This document shows positions 17,898 to 27,193 of a DNA stretch of 64,000 bases, piece after piece; within the stretch, counting starts at the first letter, position 1, and the number at the start of each line of letters is the position of its first letter. A program made the translations under genes and the position numbers. The stretch comes from Verrucomicrobia bacterium UBA1412 (GTDB taxonomy: Bacteria; Verrucomicrobiota; Verrucomicrobiia; Limisphaerales; UBA1412): assembly GCA_002305615.1 (NCBI GenBank), contig DBPU01000025.1:12578-76577 (forward strand), read 5' to 3'. The notes beneath the pieces are model-generated. The model ran no database searches. It was given only the letters and a program-made list of their open reading frames with translations, and was not told the origin of the DNA.

Positions 17898-19838
17898 ATG
17901 TCTAATATGTTTATTCCGAATTTAATAAGGTCCTTTCTGGTTCTCGCTTTTGTCTTTTTATCTACGTCGCTCCTCTCAGCCCAGTCTTTGACCACTAATG
18001 AGATTTCTTTTCGCAGCCAGTACCCATCAGGTGCTCGCGGCGATATGCGTGCTATCAGTGTGGCTCAAACTTTAGTGGGTAATTACGGTTTTCTTTCAGC
18101 GGAGCGCTCCGGGGTGCTGGTAGTTGATATCAGTGATCCATGGTCGCCCAAAATGTGTACAACAATTAATACCCCCGGCAGAGCCTATAACTGCAGTGTG
18201 AGCGCACCCTATCTTTTTATTGCCGATGGAGCGCATGGATTGCAAATCAGCTGTATCACCAATATTGCCTTTCCGGTCATGGTAGGTGAGTATCCTGCAC
18301 GGGTTTTTACATCGGATGTAACGGTTAAAGAGGGAATTGCCTACCTGACGGACACCTCCTTCGGCCTTGTGGTAGTGGATGTAAAAGATGTGAGTGAGCC
18401 GCGCAAACTTGCGGAGTTACAGCTACCGGGAGAGTCGATGGGGATAACCATTTCCGGAAACATAGCAGCGGTGTCGACGGGCGATGACGGTGTTCATTTG
18501 ATAGACATTAAAGACCCGGAGCGGCCAATTTTAATGTCGTCGTTGGATACACCCGGTTTTGCTCTTTCTACCTGTTTCATTCAGGATGTGCTTGTTGTGG
18601 CAGATTTTAAAAAAGGTGTTCAAATAGTGGATATTTCCAAACCGGATGCGCCTCAGATTATGGCCAATTACGATTGCTCGGCAGATGTCACAGGCGTATG
18701 TGCTCATCCCCGGCGTGGTCAAATCTATGTGGCGACAGGCGTTTCAGGAGTTTTTATATTGGATATTACTGACATAAAGTCTCCAAAGTTAAGCCAGCAG
18801 GTCGAGCTTTCGGGCAGCACCAGAGGTGTGGCTTTGAGTCTGGATGGAGATTATCTTTATGCAGCCTGTTTTGATGAGGGTATGCAAGTGGTGGATGTGC
18901 GGCCGAACCGAAATTTTGAGGTTATCGGACACCTGGGAATTCCCGGTTCCAGTGAATCGGTTACGATGCAGGGAGACAAACTCTTTATCGCGGACGGTCC
19001 GGGCGGCGTCAAGATACTGGATCCAAGAAACCCGTATCGACCTGAGCTTATTTCCGAAATAAAAACCAAGGGTATGCCGCTGCAAGTTCTCCCCTTGGGA
19101 AGTAAGCTTTACGTCGCCGATTACAGGGGACTCACTGTACTGGATGCTGCCGATCCGGAAGAACCTGAACTAGTCGGAGAGATCGAAACCCCGGGTGAAG
19201 CGCGGAGTGTTTGCGTTTACAAAAAATTCGCTTTCATAGCAGATGGGAGCAACGGTATTCAGGCTATCCACATTGAATATCTGGATTCTCCCGTTCTTTC
19301 TACGGCCTTTAATACCGGGGCAACGGATACTCGAAAACTGTTTTTAAAGGATAAATATCTCTTTGTGGCGACCGATAGGGAGCTTCTGATTCTAAACGCA
19401 AGCAATCCGCGACGCTTGGAGAAAGTGAATAAGACCGAAATTTTGGGCAACTTCATGGATGTTTTTGTTCTGGGTGATCATGCCTATTTAGCTGATTATG
19501 AAAAAGGACTGGTGATTGTTGATATTTCAAAACTGCAGAAACCCAAAGTAAGCTCAGTATGTAAAACCCCCGGATACCCGCGTGGGGTTTGGGTTTCGGG
19601 AAACTATGCTTATATCGCTGATTTCGAGAAAGGCCTCCAGGTCGTAAATATAACAAACTCTGCTACACCTTTTTTGGACGGCAGCTACGAAACATCAGGA
19701 GATGCCCGGGGAACCTTTTTCCTGGGGAGGTACGCCTTTATTGCGGATGGCCGTTCGGGTGTGAGAATCTATGAGTCCAAAATTCGTGAAGTCACCACCC
19801 CGGAAACGAATACATCCGATAGTGAGAAGAAGAAATAA
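17898..19838 (+). CDS. LVIVD-repeat beta-propeller protein, secreted
   Basis: Trimmed to ATG 17898, which is preceded by GAGGGGGG. Signal peptide MSNMFIPNLIRSFLVLAFVFLSTSLLSAQS. More than 10 repeats with G(L/V/M)x(V/I)(V/I)D(V/I) cores, such as GLVVVDV, GVQIVDIS, GMQVVDV, GLVIVDIS and GLQVVNIT. Confidence 0.8.
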   Translation: MSNMFIPNLIRSFLVLAFVFLSTSLLSAQSLTTNEISFRSQYPSGARGDMRAISVAQTLVGNYGFLSAERSGVLVVDISDPWSPKMCTTINTPGRAYNCSVSAPYLFIADGAHGLQISCITNIAFPVMVGEYPARVFTSDVTVKEGIAYLTDTSFGLVVVDVKDVSEPRKLAELQLPGESMGITISGNIAAVSTGDDGVHLIDIKDPERPILMSSLDTPGFALSTCFIQDVLVVADFKKGVQIVDISKPDAPQIMANYDCSADVTGVCAHPRRGQIYVATGVSGVFILDITDIKSPKLSQQVELSGSTRGVALSLDGDYLYAACFDEGMQVVDVRPNRNFEVIGHLGIPGSSESVTMQGDKLFIADGPGGVKILDPRNPYRPELISEIKTKGMPLQVLPLGSKLYVADYRGLTVLDAADPEEPELVGEIETPGEARSVCVYKKFAFIADGSNGIQAIHIEYLDSPVLSTAFNTGATDTRKLFLKDKYLFVATDRELLILNASNPRRLEKVNKTEILGNFMDVFVLGDHAYLADYEKGLVIVDISKLQKPKVSSVCKTPGYPRGVWVSGNYAYIADFEKGLQVVNITNSATPFLDGSYETSGDARGTFFLGRYAFIADGRSGVRIYESKIREVTTPETNTSDSEKKK

Positions 19839-19878
19839 GGCTTTCTGAGGATTTTTCCAAAATATAAAACTATGTAGT

Positions 19879-20427
19879 ATGGTCAGATTTTCGTTTTTTC
19901 TCCTGCTCGGTCTGCTGAGCCTGGCAATAAGTGGCTGCAACATGCACAAAGACTACTCAATGAGGAGTGGCAGCTATCAAGCTAGAAACCTTAAGTCTCT
20001 CTATTACCTGGATATCACCATACTAAAAGAGGGGAGTGTGACACCTAAGTTTTACCTGGGTGATGTAAAGTTACTGAAAGGGGATTATCGAGGTGCACTG
20101 CAGATGGATAATCCAACGTTTTCTGAGGATTTACTGGTGGAATTACTGGATGAAAATAGAGAGTTGCTGAGCGAGCACGAAATGAATTTTTGGCAACGTC
20201 CGGCCGATGGTGATCCTAAGGTGGAAAAGTTAGTGCTCACAGAAGGTGTGAAACGAAGGAATCTCACCGTGGAGAATGTCATCGTCCCCTACGACAGTCG
20301 GATAACCTGGATTAAGCTTAAAAAACAGTACATCCGATTCAATCAGGAGAAGATCATTCAGGAGTTGCCCGATTACTACCGGCAAGGGCAGGAGCAAGAC
20401 TATAATCCGCTAAAAAACAGGGAATAG
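19879..20427 (+). CDS. Hypothetical lipoprotein
   Basis: Lipobox LLSLAISGC after a hydrophobic N-terminus. No recognisable domain in the remaining ~160 aa. Confidence 0.65.
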   Translation: MVRFSFFLLLGLLSLAISGCNMHKDYSMRSGSYQARNLKSLYYLDITILKEGSVTPKFYLGDVKLLKGDYRGALQMDNPTFSEDLLVELLDENRELLSEHEMNFWQRPADGDPKVEKLVLTEGVKRRNLTVENVIVPYDSRITWIKLKKQYIRFNQEKIIQELPDYYRQGQEQDYNPLKNRE

Positions 20428-20451
20428 CCGTATTCCGCAAGGTGGAAGAAC

Positions 20452-21831
20452 TTATTCAAAACGCAAGGCCTGAATGGGGTCCAGCTTGGCTGCTCTCAGG
20501 GCAGGGTAGAGGCCAGCGATAAGTCCGATAATGGTCGCAAAGATCATTGAGAAAATGAGGGCATCAGGCTTGATTATCGGAGCATTACTGGTGGAAACGT
20601 TCTGAATGATATAGACCAATCCGTAAGAGAAGGCGACTCCCATAAGCCCACCCAACGTGGAGAGGACAACGCTTTCGATAATGATCTGAATGAAAACGGC
20701 CGCATCGGTGGCACCCATTGCTTTACGTAGACCGATTTCGCGGATGCGCTCGCTAATGGAAGCCAACATAATATTCATGACGCCAATACCGCCTACAATC
20801 AGGGCAATAATTGCAATAAGCGTGCCGGACATTCTCGTGTTTTTAATAGATTGTTCAATCGTTTCAGACTGGGTTTCCTGGGTACTGAAGGTGAAGTCTT
20901 CGATCCTATTATGAGTAATCATCAAAATGTTTCGGGCTTGCTGTAGGGCTGCTTCAAACTCCTCATAATTTTTTACCTGAATATCAATATCGTCAATTTT
21001 CAGGGAGTTTTCCGCCATGCGAAAGCGGATAAGCGCCGTTTTTAGAGGAATATAAATAGTTGAGTTTTTACGATCAAATGCCCATCCGCCGCCTTTGCCG
21101 CGGGGCCTCCCCCAGGTGCGGCTCTGAGAACCCTGGGATACCGCATTAGTGAAAGCTCTTGTTACTTTCGGTTGCTTGGCTAAAGCCGCCTTTTGGGCCA
21201 GACGTTCAGTGCGGGCCATCTCACTTTCGTAGTGTTGAAACATTCCCACAATGGTGAAGAGCTGTTCCCCCAGGCGAATGGTTTCTCCCAAAGGTATGAT
21301 CTCTTCACCGATCACATTTGGATCACCAAAAAGTTCATCTCGAATTTGTGAGCCGATTACACAGACAGGGGCAGCTGTTTCGCTGTCCATTTGGGTAAAC
21401 CAGCGGCCGTAAGCAATTTCATGCTGATTGATGAAAAGAGCGTCCTCGGTAACCCCACACACTTCTGAGGGACGACTGCGATTGTCACCTCTACTGACGT
21501 AGCGCACACTAGCGCGGATTTCGGGGCTGATCCGCTTGAGAAGAGTCGCATTATTTTTGAGCGCGTAGACATCCTGCATTGTTTTGCCGGGAGCCATCTG
21601 AGCAAGGTGCTCCTGCCAGACGGGGACAGATTGATCGTTGATAATAACTTTGTCCAAGCCGCCGGTGGCAATGAGACCCTCTTTCATTCCATTTTCCATT
21701 CCGTTCACTATTGCAGCCATGGCAACCAAGCTGGCTACCCCCAAAGTGATGCCCAGCATCGTCAAGAGTGAGCGAAACTTGTGAGACCAAATTTGTTTGA
21801 AGCCGACTTGTATAGAATTCCAGAGGATCAT
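20452..21831 (-). CDS. ABC transporter permease, MacB/FtsX type (permease 2)
   Basis: N-terminal TM helix, ~270-aa periplasmic MacB_PCD-like domain, and a C-terminal FtsX bundle with RIREIGLRKAMGAT. Paralog of the upstream permease. Confidence 0.85.
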   Translation of the reverse strand: MILWNSIQVGFKQIWSHKFRSLLTMLGITLGVASLVAMAAIVNGMENGMKEGLIATGGLDKVIINDQSVPVWQEHLAQMAPGKTMQDVYALKNNATLLKRISPEIRASVRYVSRGDNRSRPSEVCGVTEDALFINQHEIAYGRWFTQMDSETAAPVCVIGSQIRDELFGDPNVIGEEIIPLGETIRLGEQLFTIVGMFQHYESEMARTERLAQKAALAKQPKVTRAFTNAVSQGSQSRTWGRPRGKGGGWAFDRKNSTIYIPLKTALIRFRMAENSLKIDDIDIQVKNYEEFEAALQQARNILMITHNRIEDFTFSTQETQSETIEQSIKNTRMSGTLIAIIALIVGGIGVMNIMLASISERIREIGLRKAMGATDAAVFIQIIIESVVLSTLGGLMGVAFSYGLVYIIQNVSTSNAPIIKPDALIFSMIFATIIGLIAGLYPALRAAKLDPIQALRFE

Positions 21832-21970
21832 AACCAGCTATTGATCGGGAGAACATTGGTCCGGGAAAGAGTATAGGCTCTAGCAGACTCAATCATTCTC
21901 AAACGACTGTTTGAATGTTGGGGAAAATGGGCTTTCTGAGTGTATGGTTTCATCTTCTCTTTTTCACAGT

Positions 21971-23335
21971 TTAATCATAGCGAAGAGCCTCTATCGGGTC
22001 GAGCTTAGCGGCTTTGATGGCCGGCTGAATGCCAGCCATAAGGCCTACCAATACGCTGAAACAGAAAGAGACAACCACTGCCCAGAGAGTGATTACGGGT
22101 TCGTTATCGGTCGGGATTAGTATTTTAAGGAGTTCCACTAATCCATATGAAACAAAAACGCCAAGAATACCGCCAATGATGGACACAACAATACTTTCGA
22201 TCAGGATTTGAATAAAGATGGCAAAGGTGGTAGCACCGACGGCTTTTCTGACCCCTATTTCTCGTATCCGCTCCGTGATGCTTGCAAACATGATGTTCAT
22301 AATTCCAATACCACCTACGATAAGGGAAATTGCTGCGATGATGCCTCCGGACCACCGATAATTGTTAACTTGAGAGCGAATATTTTCGTCCCAATTTTCC
22401 TGGGTGCGGAAAGTAAAATCTTCCATGGCGAAATGAGTGCTCATCATTACGTTGCGGGCCTGTTGGAGGGCTGCTTCAAGCTCTTCGACACTGCTGATTC
22501 GAATGTTTAAAGTGCTTAGGGTCGGGTCGGGAATATTGTTGGTTCCCGCTGAGGCTCGGAATTTAAGCCACATTGTGTTGAGAGGCATATAAATAGTTGA
22601 ATTCTTCAGCATGAAGGCAAAGCCACCGGGACCACCGCGGCCCCAACCGGTGCGCCTCTCCGGCCCCAATCGTTCGGGAGATGGATTGGCAAGCTGGTAC
22701 TCACGTTCCTTCTTCTGCTTCTCGCTTTCGTAGCGCGTAAACATGCCGATAATAGTAAAGAGCTGCCCATTGATATTGATTTCTTCCCCGATAGGAATGA
22801 TGTCTTTGCCAGTCTCTTCGAAAGTGCCGAAAAGCTGATCCCTGACTTCTGTGCCGATCACGCATACATTCCGGGCCAGGTCGTCATCAATTTCATTAAA
22901 CATGCGGCCATATTCAATTTTATGCACGTTCATATCAAGTGCATTTGGCCAGGTGCCGGAGATATTCCAGGGACGAAATATTTTTTTTCCACGGGAGACG
23001 ACTCCACCACGGTCCAGGTTCATTTCCGGAGTGATCAGCTTGGTAAGGGTGGCGTTTTTTTTCAAAGCTTCCACATCGCTCATGGTAATACCGACAACCT
23101 GATCAGACAGGTGGCTTTGGTTTGGTGGTAGCTCTTGCTGTACGACGGAGACTTTTTCAATGCCGCCGATGGCTTGCATCGCTTCCCGCATTCCATTTTC
23201 CATCCCCTTGACCAGCGCTGACATGCCTACTAAGCTGGCAACACCCAGGATGATTCCCATCATAGTCAGGCCCGACCTGAACTTATGAGCCCAGATTTCT
23301 TTCAAACCGACCAGAATAGTTGCCCAGATATTCAC
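21971..23335 (-). CDS. ABC transporter permease, MacB/FtsX type (permease 1)
   Basis: Same architecture as 20452..21831, with RIREIGVRKAVGAT in the FtsX region. Collinear similarity runs along the whole length. Confidence 0.85.
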   Translation of the reverse strand: MNIWATILVGLKEIWAHKFRSGLTMMGIILGVASLVGMSALVKGMENGMREAMQAIGGIEKVSVVQQELPPNQSHLSDQVVGITMSDVEALKKNATLTKLITPEMNLDRGGVVSRGKKIFRPWNISGTWPNALDMNVHKIEYGRMFNEIDDDLARNVCVIGTEVRDQLFGTFEETGKDIIPIGEEININGQLFTIIGMFTRYESEKQKKEREYQLANPSPERLGPERRTGWGRGGPGGFAFMLKNSTIYMPLNTMWLKFRASAGTNNIPDPTLSTLNIRISSVEELEAALQQARNVMMSTHFAMEDFTFRTQENWDENIRSQVNNYRWSGGIIAAISLIVGGIGIMNIMFASITERIREIGVRKAVGATTFAIFIQILIESIVVSIIGGILGVFVSYGLVELLKILIPTDNEPVITLWAVVVSFCFSVLVGLMAGIQPAIKAAKLDPIEALRYD

Positions 23336-23343
23336 AGTATGAT

Positions 23344-24051
23344 TTATTTATTCAAACTTGTACCCGCAAGACGATCATCTTCACTAAAGGAAATTTTTCC
23401 ATCCCGAATTTCAATGCGCCTGGGTGTGACAGCAGCAATTTCAGGATTATGCGTAACCAAAACGATCGTACTACCCTGATGGCTTAACTCCCTGAAAAGG
23501 TTTAAAATATTATCTCCGGTAATGGTATCCAGGTTGCCGGTGGGTTCATCCGCGAAAATAATCCGTGGTTGATTGATGAGAGCACGAGCGATGGCTACCC
23601 GTTGTTGTTGACCTCCGGATAACTGCATGGGGCGGTGTTTCGCCCGATTTTCCAAGTCAACTTTTTTGAGAGCTTCCATTGTGCGTTCTTTCCGCTCTTT
23701 GGCTGATACACCCGCATAGATCATCGGCACTTCTACATTTTGTGCCACATTGAGTTTGGGAAGCAGATTGAAGGATTGAAACACGAAACCGATTTTCCGA
23801 TTCCGGATAGCGGCCAGTTCCACAGAACTGGCGTTTTGAATTTCTATTCCATCAAGCGTTATTTTTCCCCTGGTAGGAGTATCCAAACAGCCCAACAGGT
23901 GCATCAAAGTAGACTTTCCACTTCCTGAAGGCCCGATAATAGAAATGAATTCACCAGATTCAATCTTCAAGCTCACATCGTCCAGAGCTCGGATTTCTTC
24001 GTCGCCAACCTGATAAATTTTAAAAACATTTTCCAGCTCAACTAATGCCAT
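23344..24051 (-). CDS. ABC transporter ATP-binding protein (MacB/LolD-like)
   Basis: Walker A GPSGSGKST, signature LSGGQQQRVAIARAL, Walker B IIFADEPTGNLD. Start set at ATG 24051 (MALVELENVFKIYQ...). The track ORF begins at TTG 24069. Confidence 0.9.
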   Translation of the reverse strand: MALVELENVFKIYQVGDEEIRALDDVSLKIESGEFISIIGPSGSGKSTLMHLLGCLDTPTRGKITLDGIEIQNASSVELAAIRNRKIGFVFQSFNLLPKLNVAQNVEVPMIYAGVSAKERKERTMEALKKVDLENRAKHRPMQLSGGQQQRVAIARALINQPRIIFADEPTGNLDTITGDNILNLFRELSHQGSTIVLVTHNPEIAAVTPRRIEIRDGKISFSEDDRLAGTSLNK

Positions 24052-24080
24052 AGCGTTTGTCTTTCGCAAGAAATCAAGGG

Positions 24081-25256
24081 TTAACGAGGACCAGGTCCCC
24101 GGCCACCACCGCCGCCAGTACCACTACCACCACCGGGCATTCCGCGCATTTGGTTAGTTCTGGCTGCATTTGCTGTCTTGGAAATTTCTTCCATGGAAGG
24201 AGGCTCAAGAGCAACGGTGTCTCCTTCTTGCAAACCCTCGGTAATTTCTACAAAAGAAAAGTCAGCTACTCCAATTTTAACCGGGCAATGAGCCCAGGAT
24301 TCACCTTTTTTCACATAGACGAAACGCTCGCCACCTTCAGTAAAAACAGCAGACAGGGGGACAGAGAGAACGTTATCTGCCAAGGCGATAGGAATGGAAA
24401 TATTGGCGGTCATTCCGGGGCGAACTCTCTCATCGGGATTCTCCAGAAGAATGCGGCAGGAAAAACCTTTGATATTATTCTTGAGAGTGGCCTGTGGGGC
24501 AATTCTCTCAATGACACCGGTGAGTTTGAGTCCGGTTACTGCTTCCACTTGAATGTCTACCTGTTGGCCGATCTTCAAACGAGTGACGTCGGCCTGATTG
24601 ATATGGGAATCAATAACCATTTGGTTTAAATCTGCCACAGTCAGACATTCAGTTCCGCCGCTTGCGCCATCTGAGCCGGAGACAGCCTGCCCCACAGAAA
24701 CAGGACGAGTCAGAACCGTGCAGTCAAAAGGTGCCAAAATTTGAGTTTTGCTGAGTCGTTCATCAATCTGAGCCAGTGCTTTTTCAGCCCGGACAAGGTT
24801 ATTGGTTGAAATCTGGTAGGTTGAAAGCGAATTCTCGTATTCTTCCTTTGAGAGCAATCCGTTTTCAAAAAGCTGATTCGCACGGGTATAGTTGCGTTCA
24901 TCTCTTTCTACTTGCAACCGCGACCCGTCAATATCGGTACATTGGGTATCCCTCTCTTTTAACAGGGTCTCATCATCCAGTGTGACCAGAACATCTCCTT
25001 TTTTAACATTATCTCCGATATCTACCAGGAGGGCTTTTATGCGGCCGCTGGTCTCGGGAATGACAGAAACCTGTTCGGCAGGACTGATATCTCCGGCAGC
25101 CGTAATGCTCAGCTTAATAGAGCGCCTTTGTACCTGATGGGTTCCCCTGTCCTGGCGTTGAGTTACAGGTTCAGCATTGCCTCGCTGCTGGCTGAAATAA
25201 TACCAGCTGCCACCGCCTAAAGCCGCGATCACTAAGATAATAATCCACTTCTTCAT
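24081..25256 (-). CDS. Periplasmic adaptor (membrane fusion protein, HlyD/MacA family)
   Basis: N-terminal anchor WIIILVIAALGGG, lipoyl-like halves flanking a coiled-coil hairpin, beta-barrel region, and a Gly-rich C-terminal tail. First gene of the ABC operon. Confidence 0.85.
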   Translation of the reverse strand: MKKWIIILVIAALGGGSWYYFSQQRGNAEPVTQRQDRGTHQVQRRSIKLSITAAGDISPAEQVSVIPETSGRIKALLVDIGDNVKKGDVLVTLDDETLLKERDTQCTDIDGSRLQVERDERNYTRANQLFENGLLSKEEYENSLSTYQISTNNLVRAEKALAQIDERLSKTQILAPFDCTVLTRPVSVGQAVSGSDGASGGTECLTVADLNQMVIDSHINQADVTRLKIGQQVDIQVEAVTGLKLTGVIERIAPQATLKNNIKGFSCRILLENPDERVRPGMTANISIPIALADNVLSVPLSAVFTEGGERFVYVKKGESWAHCPVKIGVADFSFVEITEGLQEGDTVALEPPSMEEISKTANAARTNQMRGMPGGGSGTGGGGGRGPGPR

Positions 25257-25598
25257 ACAATTATAAAACGAGAAACAACCTACAGCACTTCTATTCTTTG
25301 AGGTATTAAATCACCCAAAACAGCCAGAGGCTTAACGTCTGAGCTATAAGAAAACGTCCACACTCTCAGACATCGGCGCAACATGATAGTCGTCCTCACC
25401 AGAAAAGAACACATAAAACGGGTGAAAGTTGCAAAAAAGAAAGATCAGCCGGTAGATTTATTTTGGCAGAAAATGTGTTCAAAGGTACCCATGAGTTTTT
25501 CCTTAACTTTTTCTCCGTTTGAGATATCATTGCTCCCTTCGGAAGAGATTCCGGAATCGAGCAGATTCGATCGAAACAATAGAAAAGAAGATTTAATT

Positions 25599-25772
25599 AT
25601 GCCTGCAAAAGTTGATCCGGCGAAGTGTGCGGGTTGCGGGACCTGTGTTCCTGCCTGCCCGGTTGAGGCCATTAAAATGGAAAATGATAAAGCTGTCGTT
25701 GATGCGGATACCTGCATTGATTGCGGTGCTTGCGTGAGTGAATGTCCAATGGAGGCTATTTCGCAAGAGTAA
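25599..25772 (+). CDS. 2x[4Fe-4S] ferredoxin (57 aa)
   Basis: Two CxxCxxCxxxCP motifs (CAGCGTCVPACP and CIDCGACVSECP). I start it at ATG 25599. The 72-codon in-frame upstream extension in the track has no ferredoxin-like features. Confidence 0.8.
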   Translation: MPAKVDPAKCAGCGTCVPACPVEAIKMENDKAVVDADTCIDCGACVSECPMEAISQE

Positions 25773-25795
25773 GTTTTCTAACAAATATAAAACAG

Positions 25796-25821
25796 AAAGC
25801 GGGCATATAGCCCGCTTTTTT
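25796..25821. terminator. Bidirectional rho-independent terminator (ferredoxin gene / phosphoesterase gene)
   Basis: AAAGCGGGC (25796-25804) pairs with GCCCGCTTT (25810-25818) across a 5-nt loop. T-run on the plus strand and A-run upstream. Confidence 0.8.
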
Positions 25822-25838
25822 ATGGATATAACGTTCTA

Positions 25839-27020
25839 CTAATCGATTTCGAAACTGAATTGATTGTAGTCCTCTTGGGCCCAGGCTAAATTCTGAGTGC
25901 TTGGGGAGATAGAGAAGAGAGGCGAGAACGTTCTGACAGAAACAGTTTTAAAACTCGGAGAGAACTCCAGAATTCTGAGCCATCCGTCGCCGCCGTTCCC
26001 GTGCCAGCCGCCTCCCAAGGTTTGCGTATCAAAGAGCATTTGTGAGACAACTTTCCCTGCGTGGTTTTTATCCTGTCGGAAGCCTATGTTTTCCTTCGGG
26101 TCTTTGGTTCCGGCAATATGGCCACAGAAAACCATCCGGATGTTTTGAGTGGGGTAGATCAGTTTCTCCCAAATTGCTTTGCCATAATTGGCGTCGGCAA
26201 CCTTATAGTTTTCTTTCTCAATCAGGTTTTGCCCGCGAGCCAGACATTGCATATAGCTGTGAGTGACCACGACCGCAAAGTGATCTTTGAAAGCGTCACG
26301 GTTGACCAGTTCTTTTGCCCAGTTTAGTACAGGGTCCGAAGGAGCAAACTCCAGAGAGATAAATAATAGATCTTTGCCTTGGGGTGTTTTGAGAGCATAA
26401 GCCGCATTTTCCAGCGTTTTAGCCCCATCTCGGTTGGGGCAACACTCCACCAGCACACCATTCCAGGCGGAGTTTCTATTCATGGGAAAATAAGAAGGAA
26501 ATTGAGTGCTGCGATTTTCAGAGCTGACTATACCGTAATCGTGATTGCCAGTACAAACTACGTAGGGGAGCACACCGTCTAAGCGTGAAAAAGCTTTCGA
26601 AATGGCACTCCATTGCTGAGCGCCTGTCTGGTTTACTTGACCTGCATTTTTCTCGGTCAAATCCGATCCTACTAATCCATTTCCCTCTATAAGGTCTCCC
26701 AGTTGAAGAGCGGTCAGTATATTCAGCTTCTTCTTATTCTCAGCAATCCAGCCCGTCATCAGCTCGCAAATTCCCTGATTGCGTCCGAATTTGATGTAAG
26801 TTTGGGTATCCGGAATCAGAATAAGCGACCAGGCCTCCGGATACGAAAGCGCTGGAGGAGAATATGAAAGCTCTTTTGCCGGCTCTTGGGCCAAAGCAGA
26901 AGAGACGCCTCCGGTCATCCAGCTTCCAGCTAATGCGGTGGCGAGAACACTTTTACTTAAGAACTGACGTCTTGAGAAACCTCCAGAAGTCACATCTGTT
27001 TTAATATCATTCTTGTTCAT
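25839..27020 (-). CDS. Tat-signal metallophosphoesterase (calcineurin-like)
   Basis: Trimmed to ATG 27020, which is preceded by GAGG. Twin-arginine motif SRRQFLSKSVLATALAG. Phosphoesterase boxes GDLIEGNG, CTGNHDYG, VVVTHSYM and FCGHIAG. Confidence 0.75.
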   Translation of the reverse strand: MNKNDIKTDVTSGGFSRRQFLSKSVLATALAGSWMTGGVSSALAQEPAKELSYSPPALSYPEAWSLILIPDTQTYIKFGRNQGICELMTGWIAENKKKLNILTALQLGDLIEGNGLVGSDLTEKNAGQVNQTGAQQWSAISKAFSRLDGVLPYVVCTGNHDYGIVSSENRSTQFPSYFPMNRNSAWNGVLVECCPNRDGAKTLENAAYALKTPQGKDLLFISLEFAPSDPVLNWAKELVNRDAFKDHFAVVVTHSYMQCLARGQNLIEKENYKVADANYGKAIWEKLIYPTQNIRMVFCGHIAGTKDPKENIGFRQDKNHAGKVVSQMLFDTQTLGGGWHGNGGDGWLRILEFSPSFKTVSVRTFSPLFSISPSTQNLAWAQEDYNQFSFEID

Positions 27021-27124
27021 GACAACCTCAATGAGGGGTTCATGATATTCTATGAGAATCTGCTTAACAATATTTATCTTCCCGTTTACACGTCCGCGTT
27101 GCCTCAAAAATTGTAAAACAGAGC

Positions 27125-27153
27125 TTAACAACGGGGCGAACTCCGGATAGAAT
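27125..27153 (+). promoter_or_regulatory. Candidate promoter for the GH38-like gene
   Basis: TTAACA (27125-27130), 17-nt spacer, TAGAAT (27148-27153), 40 nt upstream of ATG 27194. Confidence 0.4.
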
Positions 27154-27193
27154 ATCGGCAGTGACGTTTTGTTATAACCGAGGAAGAAGAAAA

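Noticed and set aside
17771-17995. 74-aa minus-strand ORF (GTG start) that ends just before the terminator-shaped hairpin
   Set aside because: It overlaps, in antisense, the signal-peptide region of the LVIVD gene, and its Lys-rich composition mirrors the Phe/Leu codons opposite. Only its last 13 codons (from ATG 17812) are considered, as a possible leader peptide.
24057-24629. 190-aa plus-strand ORF overlapping the adaptor gene
   Set aside because: It is antisense to the MacA-like gene. It begins inside the adaptor/ATPase junction and has no RBS.
25383-25598. 72-codon N-terminal extension of the ferredoxin ORF
   Set aside because: 2x[4Fe-4S] ferredoxins of this type are ~55-60 aa. The extension has no Cys motifs or signal peptide and looks like translated spacer. 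The start at 25599 is still uncertain because no strong RBS precedes either ATG.
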